Shown piece after piece: positions 28,255-37,529 of a stretch of 64,000 bases of DNA. The DNA lies in NCBI GenBank assembly GCA_029265355.1, contig JAJUJL010000002.1, forward strand, positions 152,879 to 216,878, given 5' to 3'. The DNA comes from Chloroflexota bacterium (GTDB lineage: Bacteria; Chloroflexota; Anaerolineae; Anaerolineales; UBA4823). Every line of letters begins with the position of its first letter. The stretch's first letter is position 1. The position numbers and the translations under genes were made by a program. A model generated the notes under the pieces. It made no database searches. It saw only the letters and a list, made by a program, of their open reading frames with translations, and was not told where the DNA came from.

Positions 28255-29236
28255 TGTCTTCTTCCTCGATGACCGTGATACGGCGGCTGACCACCCAGGC
28301 TGCAGCACCTCCAGTCAACAGACCGACGATTGCACCCTGGGCCAGGCCCGTGTACAGACGGACATCGGCCTGAGCTTTGATGGTGCTGATCTCTTCTTCC
28401 TGCGAATGTACGAGCTGCTGAAGCTCTTCAAGACTGGGGGGTGGAGCAGAGGTGGAGCCCGTTAACTGGACGATCGTATCGCGGGTGTGAACGGTATCCT
28501 GGTGACAGCCAATGCAGGCATCGGAGCCCACCGAGAAGGTATGCCCGGTGGGAACAAGACCTTCGATGGGGTCTCCTTCGCGAGGTTTCGTGTACATGTG
28601 ACAGTTGCTGCATTGCAGCCCGGAATTGGCATGGGTACCATGAGTAAAGGAGTCGCCTCGCTCTTTGTGGCAGTTGCTGCACAGCTCGGTCACTGTGGCA
28701 GCTTTTGGTTGTTGAGCATGGGGATCATGGCAGGACTTGCATTGAACTCCGGCCGCGTTGTGAGGGCTGGCGCGCCATTCATCCGTGGTGTTCTTGTGGC
28801 AGGTGCTGCACAACTCCGCATTGGGCTCGATGGGCATTTGCTGCAATGGGTGGCCGGGTTGGAAAGCTCCATGACAGGCTTCACAGCTCACACCTTCTTC
28901 GAAGAATTCCCCACTGGCAGGATCATAACCGGTGGTATGGCAGGAAAGGCAAGATACAGCAGATCCTCTCTCAACCCAGTCTTTTTGGAAGATTGGGGAT
29001 GAATAAGCATTGGCATGGCGGGTACCTTGCCACAAGGTTACGATCTGTTCATGGCATTCAGCGCATTTTTCTGCCCCTGTGTAAGAGGTAGACTGCGCTG
29101 GATGACCCTCCAATGGGGCGGCATTAGCTGGTTGCGAAAGCCCAAGCAATGCGCCGAAGATCAAACAAATCATGAAAAAGACGGCGAAAACCAGGTGTGG
29201 AAATCTTCGGCGATTGGTGATCTGGGGAATCGTCAT
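28247..29236 (-). CDS. Octaheme cytochrome c with a C-terminal coiled coil and TM anchor
   Basis: Eight CxxCH motifs, a c554-like N-terminal pattern (CLSCHTTG...GVSCEACHG) and a signal peptide. Confidence 0.88.
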   Translation of the reverse strand: MTIPQITNRRRFPHLVFAVFFMICLIFGALLGLSQPANAAPLEGHPAQSTSYTGAEKCAECHEQIVTLWQGTRHANAYSSPIFQKDWVERGSAVSCLSCHTTGYDPASGEFFEEGVSCEACHGAFQPGHPLQQMPIEPNAELCSTCHKNTTDEWRASPHNAAGVQCKSCHDPHAQQPKAATVTELCSNCHKERGDSFTHGTHANSGLQCSNCHMYTKPREGDPIEGLVPTGHTFSVGSDACIGCHQDTVHTRDTIVQLTGSTSAPPPSLEELQQLVHSQEEEISTIKAQADVRLYTGLAQGAIVGLLTGGAAAWVVSRRITVIEEEDNG

Positions 29237-29427
29237 TGTGTACTCTCCATAGTTTAATTGGATAACTCAACCCAATCACAATTGGGTCGGATACCCAAGA
29301 CTCACAGACTCCTACTATTTCATTCTATGTAAATTTAGAATGGATGTAAGTAAGGAATGTCATGATCACACTGAGACAGATGTAATATGTGCAATTTGGA
29401 ACGATTCTATTACGAGATTGGAGAGAC

Positions 29428-29463
29428 AAAAAATCAACCGCCTGGAAGAAACAGGCGGTTGAT
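29428..29463 (-). terminator. Terminator after the collagen-cytochrome gene
   Basis: ATCAACCGCCTG-loop-CAGGCGGTTGAT with a T6 tract on the minus strand. Confidence 0.8.
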
Positions 29464-29500
29464 CAGATCTTAGATCACGATCTCGGCGGGTGCTTTTGAA

Positions 29501-30763
29501 TCAGGGACCGCTAATTGTGCTATCAGCGCTGCGCGCGTGGTAGTCGATGGCAGCATTGGTCAATTCATCATCGCTTTTCGCAGAGCCGAGTCCTGCGCCA
29601 TGACAATGGCGGCAGGCAAAGTCCAGGCCAATTTGTGACAAAGCGGTTTTGCCATCTTCAGAGAATTGACCAATCTGGTAAGGATCGATCGCCATGATAT
29701 GGGTGCGAATATCGCCGGTAAACTTCTCAGGCACGCCCCAGGCGCTGACCGTGATGCGAGGCATGTGGCATTCCAGACAGGATAGTCCCAGCAGTTTGTG
29801 CGACTCGTTGTTCTGGAACTTTGCCTGTTCAAAGTGGCAGTTTTCACACTGGGTGCGCGTCGTTGGCTGTTTTGCTTCTCTGAGCGAGACAACGCCGGTG
29901 TGGGGATCGTGACACACGACACAGTCTAGCGTGATGTGCTTGCTCTGGAAAAGTTCCTCGTACTGCTCATGGTGCTGAATAAAACCGTCTTTGGCATCGA
30001 CTGCTTCAATCGCGTTGCGAATGTGGCACTCGCCGCAGGCTTCCGCATCACGATCGATCTCCATGCGATAGCCTTGTGGATTGGTGACGTGCAGGCTGCC
30101 AGGTCCGTGACATGCCTCGCACTTAATGCCTGGTTCTGCCCAAGTGCCAACCAGGCCGGGCAAACCATCTTGATTTCCGGCAGGGCTATAGCCGGTGGTG
30201 TGACAAGCGCCGCAGTCGTAGGGCAGGTTCTCTGCGCCGGAGTTATAGGTCACCCAATCCGCATTTTTTCCCAGAATTGGGTTAGCCAGGTTGTATTGAT
30301 TCAAGTAAGCGGTGTTCCCCGTGCTCCCGGGGGCGTCTGTAATGATATAGCCTTCTTTATTGATGAACCGGGCTTTCCAGTGGTAGCCGCCGATGACATA
30401 CGAAATATCATCCCAGGTATAGCCTTCGGGGGGGTTGGGAACACTGCTGAACGGGTAATCTGGCGGTTGTCCATCGATCACCGGGTTAAGCTTCCAGGCA
30501 TGGCCCGATTGCACAAAGGCTTCGGAGATTTCGGTGTGGCAGGCTGCACAGAGGTCAGCGCCGACATAGCTGGCTGCGGAGGAGGCGACATCGCCTGGCG
30601 GTCCGGGATCGCCTTTATCACCTTTCGGACCCTGGGGGCCTTCTGGTCCGGGAGGGCCAGCGGGGCCTGGTAAACCTTGTGGTCCGGCAGGGCCGGCGCA
30701 GGCGGTCATCAGCATAGACAGAATAACCAGCATCAAGATTAGCAATAGAATTCTAGATCGCAT
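29501..30763 (-). CDS. Octaheme cytochrome c lipoprotein with a collagen-like (Gly-X-Y)12 stalk
   Basis: Lipobox-like MTAC, then GPAGPQGLPGPAGPPGPEGPQGPKGDKGDPGPPGDV, then eight CxxCH motifs. Confidence 0.88.
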   Translation of the reverse strand: MRSRILLLILMLVILSMLMTACAGPAGPQGLPGPAGPPGPEGPQGPKGDKGDPGPPGDVASSAASYVGADLCAACHTEISEAFVQSGHAWKLNPVIDGQPPDYPFSSVPNPPEGYTWDDISYVIGGYHWKARFINKEGYIITDAPGSTGNTAYLNQYNLANPILGKNADWVTYNSGAENLPYDCGACHTTGYSPAGNQDGLPGLVGTWAEPGIKCEACHGPGSLHVTNPQGYRMEIDRDAEACGECHIRNAIEAVDAKDGFIQHHEQYEELFQSKHITLDCVVCHDPHTGVVSLREAKQPTTRTQCENCHFEQAKFQNNESHKLLGLSCLECHMPRITVSAWGVPEKFTGDIRTHIMAIDPYQIGQFSEDGKTALSQIGLDFACRHCHGAGLGSAKSDDELTNAAIDYHARSADSTISGP

Positions 30764-30938
30764 TCTCTTCTCCTGTTTTCAATGGATCTACTATGGGTGG
30801 ATGGGAATTTCTGTGCTTACATGATGACATTTTCAAGGTGTTCAGTATTCGGTTTATAGGATTAATGGTGGATTAACATTGGGTATTATACCCTAATAGT
30901 AGGAGATACCATTTTTACAGGGGAAATATTTATCAAGG

Positions 30939-30966
30939 TTGACGAGTGCCATACGTTCGATATAGT
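30939..30966 (+). promoter_or_regulatory. Sigma70-like promoter of the XRE-cupin gene
   Basis: TTGACG, 16 nt spacer, TATAGT. A divergent minus-strand TATAAT sits within the near-palindrome GGGTATTATACCC at 30881-30893. Confidence 0.5.
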
Positions 30967-31030
30967 TGTATAATAATTCTATATCACCCAAGGAAGTTCC
31001 ATTCAGAAGAAGGCGGGGAGGAGCGTTCCC

Positions 31031-31684
31031 ATGGCGCTAATGGATTTTGAGCACAACTCGATTGATGTGGGCAGCAGGTTGCGAACTTTGCGAAATGAAC
31101 GCCAGATGTCCATGCGCGCTCTCGCGCGAGCCAGCGGATTGTCCACGAATGCATTGAGCATGATTGAACGGGGGCGCACATCGCCATCGGTGAGCACACT
31201 TTACAAATTGGCTGAGGCCCTGGGAGTACCCATCACGGCTTTCTTCCGGATCGAACCGCCGAGACGTGAAATCGTTTTCCAGGCTTCTACGCTCCGCAAC
31301 AGGGTGAATTTTCCGCGCGGAATTTGGGAAGGACTTGGCGGCGAGGCATTTGTTGGAGGAGTGGAACCCTTCATGATAACGCTTGAACCAGGCGCCAATT
31401 CAGGGCGCTTTGGCATGGCGCACAGTGGTCATGAGTTTGTGATGTGCCTTTCCGGGCAATTGGAATACGAGGTTGAAGATCAACGGTTTATTTTGAATCC
31501 GGGCGACAGCCTGTTATTTGCCGCCAATCTCCACCACCGCTGGCGGAATGCCGAGAAGACCACTTGCCGGGCTATTGTGGTGCTGTCGGGATTCGAGAAG
31601 GGCGAACGCCCCAGCGAATATCATCTGCACCTGGAGGAAGTTGGGGATTCGGATGAGCCTGAATCTGGCGACGAAGACGTATGA
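31031..31684 (+). CDS. XRE-family HTH regulator with a cupin domain
   Basis: GSRLRTLR...LSMIERGRTSPSVSTL HTH; HSGHEF...GDSLLF...HRWRN cupin. Confidence 0.92.
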   Translation: MALMDFEHNSIDVGSRLRTLRNERQMSMRALARASGLSTNALSMIERGRTSPSVSTLYKLAEALGVPITAFFRIEPPRREIVFQASTLRNRVNFPRGIWEGLGGEAFVGGVEPFMITLEPGANSGRFGMAHSGHEFVMCLSGQLEYEVEDQRFILNPGDSLLFAANLHHRWRNAEKTTCRAIVVLSGFEKGERPSEYHLHLEEVGDSDEPESGDEDV

Positions 31685-31729
31685 CATCACTTTGTGCCAA
31701 GTTTTCTACTATTCGTTATGCCGCATTCG

Positions 31730-31936
31730 TGCTATAATTTTGCATCGTTAGAGAAACAGGACAGAAACCGGTAAAACAGTACAGCAATGGAATCAAAAGC
31801 AACCCCGTCCCGAGTAGATAATCATAATTGCAATCATGGATACCAGCGCGGGGCGGGTTGCAACCAACCAGCAGCATCGTGATCGCAAGTTATGTCAACT
31901 ATCGCCCAACGCAACCAGCGACGGGCGATTTTTTTT
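31730..31936 (+). promoter_or_regulatory. aspS-asnS leader: extended -10 promoter, putative leader peptide and intrinsic terminator (attenuator)
   Basis: TGcTATAAT at 31730-31738, a 31-codon uORF at 31787-31882, and ATCGCCC...GGGCGAT plus a T tract at 31901-31936. Confidence 0.55.
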
Positions 31937-31966
31937 ATCATTTGCGCTATCATTGTTTACTATTGA

Positions 31967-32039
31967 CCGAAAATCTTTGGGGGAGGGGGGTGTTGCGGCC
32001 TGTACGCCGCGACAACCCCCTCCTGCCTCGAATTTTCGG
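31967..32039. repeat. REP/MITE-like palindromic element, copy 1
   Basis: CCGAAAAT...GGGAGGGGGGTGTTGCGGC-loop-GCCGCGACAACCCCCTCC...ATTTTCGG; homologous to 46737-46807. Confidence 0.7.
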
Positions 32040-32068
32040 GTGAGTTCTTATTTTCAGGAGCGAATGCA

Positions 32069-33835
32069 ATGTACAAAACTCACACTTGTGGCGAACTTCG
32101 CAGCAGTCATGTCGGACAACACGTCACTCTTGCTGGATGGGTGAATCGCCGTCGCGATCATGGGGGAGTAACCTTCATTGATCTGCGCGATCGTTTCGGT
32201 TTGGTCCAGGTTGTTGCCAGCGTTGAAGCCAACCCAGAAGCCCACAAGACCCTGGCGCCTGTGCGCATGGAATGGGTGATACAGGTGGAAGGTGTGGTGC
32301 GAAAGCGCCTGGCAGGCATGGAAAACCCACGCCTGGAGACCGGTGAAATCGAAGTTGAGGTGCAAAACATCAAGATACTGAATCCTGCTCGCGTCACGCC
32401 GTTTCTGATCAGCTCGGAAGATGATGCCGACGAACAGACCAGGTTGCGGTATCGCTACCTGGACTTGCGCCGTGAAAGGATGAAAAGGAACTTAACCTTG
32501 CGCCACCGCATGGTGAAATTCATTCGCGATTACCTGGATGAGCGAGGTTTTCTGGAGGTGGAGACACCCATCTTGTTTAAAACGACCCCAGAAGGGGCAC
32601 GCGATTATTTGGTTCCTTCGCGCATCCATCCGGGTGAATTCTATGCTCTGCCGCAATCGCCGCAACAACTCAAACAATTGCTGATGGTGGCAGGTGTAGA
32701 GCGGTACTTTCAGATTGCGCGCTGCTTTCGGGACGAGGACACGCGCGGCGACCGTCAGCCAGAATTTACCCAACTGGATTTAGAAATGTCCTTTGTCACT
32801 CGCGAAGATGTAATGGCCCTGGCAGAGGATCTGTTTACCAGGCTGGTGCAGGAAATTGTGCCCGAGAAGCGCTTGTTTGCCTCTCCCTGGCCGCGTTTCA
32901 CCTACCAGCAGGTGATGGAACGCTACGGCAAGGATAACCCGGATATCCGTTTTGGGATGGAGTTGCATGATCTCACAGACCTGGCGGCAGGTTGCGGCTT
33001 CAGCGTCTTTGAGAATGCGGTTTCAGCAGGTGGGAATGTACGCGCCATCAACGCCCGCGGCCTGGGAGACTATTCGCGCAAGCAAATTGACGAGCTGAAT
33101 GAATACGTGCAAAAGTTTAAGGCCAAGGGTTTGGCCTACCTGGCGATCACCTCCAGCGGCGAGCGGCGCTCTTCATTTGCCAGGTTCTTGAGTGAAGAGC
33201 GATTGCAGCAAATTATTCACCGTATGGATGCTCAAGCGGGTGATTTATTGCTGTTTGTCGCCGATCAGCCTGCCGTTGTTTTCGAGAGCCTGGGGCGATT
33301 GCGAGAAATGTTGGGAGATCGGCTTCAGCTGCGTGACCAGAATGTGCTGGCTTTCTGTTGGGTAGTCGATTTTCCCTTTGTGGTGTGGAATGAGGAAGAG
33401 CATCGTTGGGATCCCAGCCACCACCTGTTCACCGCGCCGATGCCGGAGGACCTGCCCTTATTGGATAGCGATCCCGGTAAAGCAAGGGGTCAGCAATATG
33501 ATATGGTTCTGAATGGTTATGAAGTTGGCGGCGGTTCGATTAGAATTCACGACAGCGCCCTGCAGGAAAAAGTTTTCGGGCTGATAGGCCTTGATTTGGA
33601 GGTTGCCAGGCAGCGCTTTGGTCATATGTTAGAAGCGTTTACCTATGGCACGCCGCCGCATGGCGGAATCGCCCCCGGCATTGACCGCATGTGCATGCTG
33701 CTGGCCGGGGAGCCGAACATCCGGGAGGTCATTGCTTTCCCCAAGAATCAGAATGCCCGTGACCTGATGGGAGACGCCCCCTCACCCGTAGAGCCAGAGC
33801 AGCTAAAGGAACTGCATATCAAGCTGGATCTATGA
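32069..33835 (+). CDS. aspS: Aspartate--tRNA ligase (non-discriminating-type signature)
   Basis: [42 protein letters not shown] and [12 protein letters not shown]. Confidence 0.97.
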   Translation: MYKTHTCGELRSSHVGQHVTLAGWVNRRRDHGGVTFIDLRDRFGLVQVVASVEANPEAHKTLAPVRMEWVIQVEGVVRKRLAGMENPRLETGEIEVEVQNIKILNPARVTPFLISSEDDADEQTRLRYRYLDLRRERMKRNLTLRHRMVKFIRDYLDERGFLEVETPILFKTTPEGARDYLVPSRIHPGEFYALPQSPQQLKQLLMVAGVERYFQIARCFRDEDTRGDRQPEFTQLDLEMSFVTREDVMALAEDLFTRLVQEIVPEKRLFASPWPRFTYQQVMERYGKDNPDIRFGMELHDLTDLAAGCGFSVFENAVSAGGNVRAINARGLGDYSRKQIDELNEYVQKFKAKGLAYLAITSSGERRSSFARFLSEERLQQIIHRMDAQAGDLLLFVADQPAVVFESLGRLREMLGDRLQLRDQNVLAFCWVVDFPFVVWNEEEHRWDPSHHLFTAPMPEDLPLLDSDPGKARGQQYDMVLNGYEVGGGSIRIHDSALQEKVFGLIGLDLEVARQRFGHMLEAFTYGTPPHGGIAPGIDRMCMLLAGEPNIREVIAFPKNQNARDLMGDAPSPVEPEQLKELHIKLDL

Positions 33836-33881
33836 GAAAAAATCAGCCTGTTGAAAGATCGTAGATTATCAGGAGAATCCA

Positions 33882-35225
<1,344 letters not shown>

Positions 35226-35300
35226 TGGCTAATATTCAATTCGAGTGAAAAAGGCATAAATGACCTGTACATCGGAACGCTTTTTTGGTATAAATTAATT

Positions 35301-35470
35301 GCCCTGCCGTGCGCGTGATGCCGCAACCCGGTTTTGAGCCAACACTCACTACAAGGGCTCCAATCTCACGGGTGTGACGCGATAGGCTCCGGCCAAGGCG
35401 GAGCGCCCGGGTAGGCGCCCAACCTGCGAAGGCAGGTTCAAAACTTAGCAGCACACGGCATGGTGGGGTA
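35301..35470 (+). ncRNA. ssrS: 6S RNA
   Basis: Long irregular hairpin (TGCCGTG/CACGGCA and GTTTTGAGCC/GGTTCAAAAC) with a central bubble and a CCTGC-GAAG-GCAGG hairpin, matching the Firmicutes-type 6S layout. TATAAA -10 at about 35289. Lies downstream of aspS, like B. subtilis bsrA. Confidence 0.85.
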
Positions 35471-35510
35471 GCTTCATTCTTGGAGCGGACATAGGGTGCG
35501 GAAACGCACT

Positions 35511-36755
35511 CTATGTTTTTAATCGCTCACCTGCGCTGATGCGGCGAAACACAAGGAAATAATAAAGGCCAACAGCGAGCATGGCCAGGCAGGCGCCGGT
35601 AATAAATGGCGCAGATGGGCCAAAACCCGGCCACTTTCCAACCCCTTGCCAGAGCGCGCCAGCCAGCAGGGAGGCAGGCAGCGCTGAGAAACCGATTGCT
35701 GCGTTGAATAGTCCGTATGCGACGCCGCGCTGGTGTTGGGGGACAAAATCGGCCACCAGCGCTTTCGCAGTTCCCTCAGTGATGGCATAGTAAATACCAT
35801 AAACCCCAAACAGCGCCCATACCTGCCAACCAGTCTGGGAAAAGGCCAGTCCAAGATAAACAAGCGCATATAACAGCCATCCCGAGAGCAGCACGATGGG
35901 GCGGCCAATCCTATCCGAAATGGCGCCCGCCGGGGTAGAGAGTATCGAGTAAATCGCAGTATAAGTGAGCAACATGCCTGTGATGTGCAATGCGCTCAAC
36001 CCGCGCTCCGAGGCCAGCAAAATGATGAAAGCATCTGAAGAATTGCCCAAGGTGAAGATGATCATGATGGCCACGAAGATAAAGAACCTGCGATCGATTT
36101 GCTTCCAGTGGGTTCTAACAGACGTGTGGCTTGGTCCTACAGGACTTTCTACATCATGAACGAAGAGAATCAAAACCAATACCGCCAGTGTTGCTGGAAG
36201 GATGCTGAGCAGGACAATTTCTTGAAAGGTCGATCTCTCCAATGCGGCCTGGCCAGCCTGTGTACGCCAGATCACCCAAGCGGCAATGCCTAAACCGATG
36301 AATGCTCCGGCGGTATCCCCAGCGCGGTGCAACCCAAAGGCAAAGCCGCGCGTTTTCGGACTGGCGCTCCCGGCCAATAAGGCATCGCGCGGCGCTGTGC
36401 GAATGCCTTTGCCCACTCGATCGGTAAAGCGAATGCCCAAAACCGAACCCCAGGTCGCAGCGAAATACATAAATGGCTTGGCGATGGCCGATAACCCATA
36501 GCCCGCCACTGCCAGCCACTTGCGCTTTCCCAGGCGATCTGACCATGCGCCAGACAGAATTTTCACAAAACTGGCAGTGGTCTCCGCAACACCCTCGATC
36601 AGTCCTATGACAGACGTACGCGTCCCAAGGATATTGTAGAGGAACAAGGGCAGGAGATTGAAAATCATCTCACTAGAGACGTCCGTCAGTAAAGACACTA
36701 CTGAGAGAGCCCAAATATTGCGATGCAGGTGAGTGGTTTTTGAATTTTTAGACAT
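35511..36755 (-). CDS. MFS transporter
   Basis: About 12 TMs; GAWSDRLGKRK, DRVGKGIRTAPRDAL and ISDRIGR. Confidence 0.92.
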   Translation of the reverse strand: MSKNSKTTHLHRNIWALSVVSLLTDVSSEMIFNLLPLFLYNILGTRTSVIGLIEGVAETTASFVKILSGAWSDRLGKRKWLAVAGYGLSAIAKPFMYFAATWGSVLGIRFTDRVGKGIRTAPRDALLAGSASPKTRGFAFGLHRAGDTAGAFIGLGIAAWVIWRTQAGQAALERSTFQEIVLLSILPATLAVLVLILFVHDVESPVGPSHTSVRTHWKQIDRRFFIFVAIMIIFTLGNSSDAFIILLASERGLSALHITGMLLTYTAIYSILSTPAGAISDRIGRPIVLLSGWLLYALVYLGLAFSQTGWQVWALFGVYGIYYAITEGTAKALVADFVPQHQRGVAYGLFNAAIGFSALPASLLAGALWQGVGKWPGFGPSAPFITGACLAMLAVGLYYFLVFRRISAGERLKT

Positions 36756-36785
36756 TGCTTCCTCTCGAGGAATAGGGTGGCGATT

Positions 36786-37466
36786 TTATGGGAAGAGGCG
36801 GCGCGCCTTGACTTCTGCCACCGCATCCAATCGGAAACGGTAGAGCTGCGCCGGGCGTCCCTCGCCGGTGCGTTTATACATTGTCGGTTCGATGATGTTT
36901 GCACCTAGGATTCGGCGCCGGAAATTGCGTTTATCGAGTCTCACACCGAGAATTATCTCATAGGTGCGTTGAATCTCTGAGAGGGTGAAGTACTCTGGTA
37001 AGAGCTGAAAGCCCACAGCAGTGTATTCCAATTTGTTGCGCAGCCTGCGCAGGGCATAGGATAAGATGTCGTTGTGATCGAACGCCAATCGCGGCAGACG
37101 TTCGACTGGAAACCACGCCACGTGCGCAGCCTCGCTGAGGTTATTTTCGCGGATCGGGGCATCCGCTGGCACCAGAGCAAAGTAGGCGACGGTCACCACA
37201 CGGCCGCGCGGATCCCGTTGTGGCTCGCCGAATGTGTAAAGCTGCTCGAGGAAAACCCCTTCCAGGCCGGTCTTTTCAGAAAGTTCTCTGGAGGCCGCCT
37301 TGTCCAAACTTTCGTCCTCTTGGACGAAGCCGCCTGGAATAGCCCATTGCCCCTGGTAAGGATTTTCGGTCCTTTGCGCGAGTAGAACTTGAAGACTTTG
37401 TTCATGCAGCGCAAAGATGATGATCTCAACCGAAAGCGCCATCTGGGGATATTTTTGCAGATTCAT
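36786..37466 (-). CDS. nrtR: NrtR-family regulator (NUDIX + wHTH)
   Basis: WAIPGGFV...RELSEKTGL, EQLYTFG..RDPR, LAFDH, DKRNFRRRIL and GRPAQLY. Confidence 0.85.
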   Translation of the reverse strand: MNLQKYPQMALSVEIIIFALHEQSLQVLLAQRTENPYQGQWAIPGGFVQEDESLDKAASRELSEKTGLEGVFLEQLYTFGEPQRDPRGRVVTVAYFALVPADAPIRENNLSEAAHVAWFPVERLPRLAFDHNDILSYALRRLRNKLEYTAVGFQLLPEYFTLSEIQRTYEIILGVRLDKRNFRRRILGANIIEPTMYKRTGEGRPAQLYRFRLDAVAEVKARRLFP

Positions 37467-37529
37467 AGCTGGATTAACTTGCTCGGATTACGATAGCTGT
37501 CGCCGTTTGTCTGCGCAAGCTGACTGTGG

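Noticed and set aside
29501-30763. OmcZ/OmcS nanowire assignment for the octaheme lipoprotein
   Set aside because: Motif spacing does not resemble what I recall of OmcZ or OmcS, so no family name can be supported without a search.
31745-31936. T-box riboswitch upstream of aspS (TGGATACC resembles UGGNACC)
   Set aside because: The motif has an extra base, there is no preceding GG-rich antiterminator helix and no recognisable Stem I. It remains only an alternative to test with Infernal.
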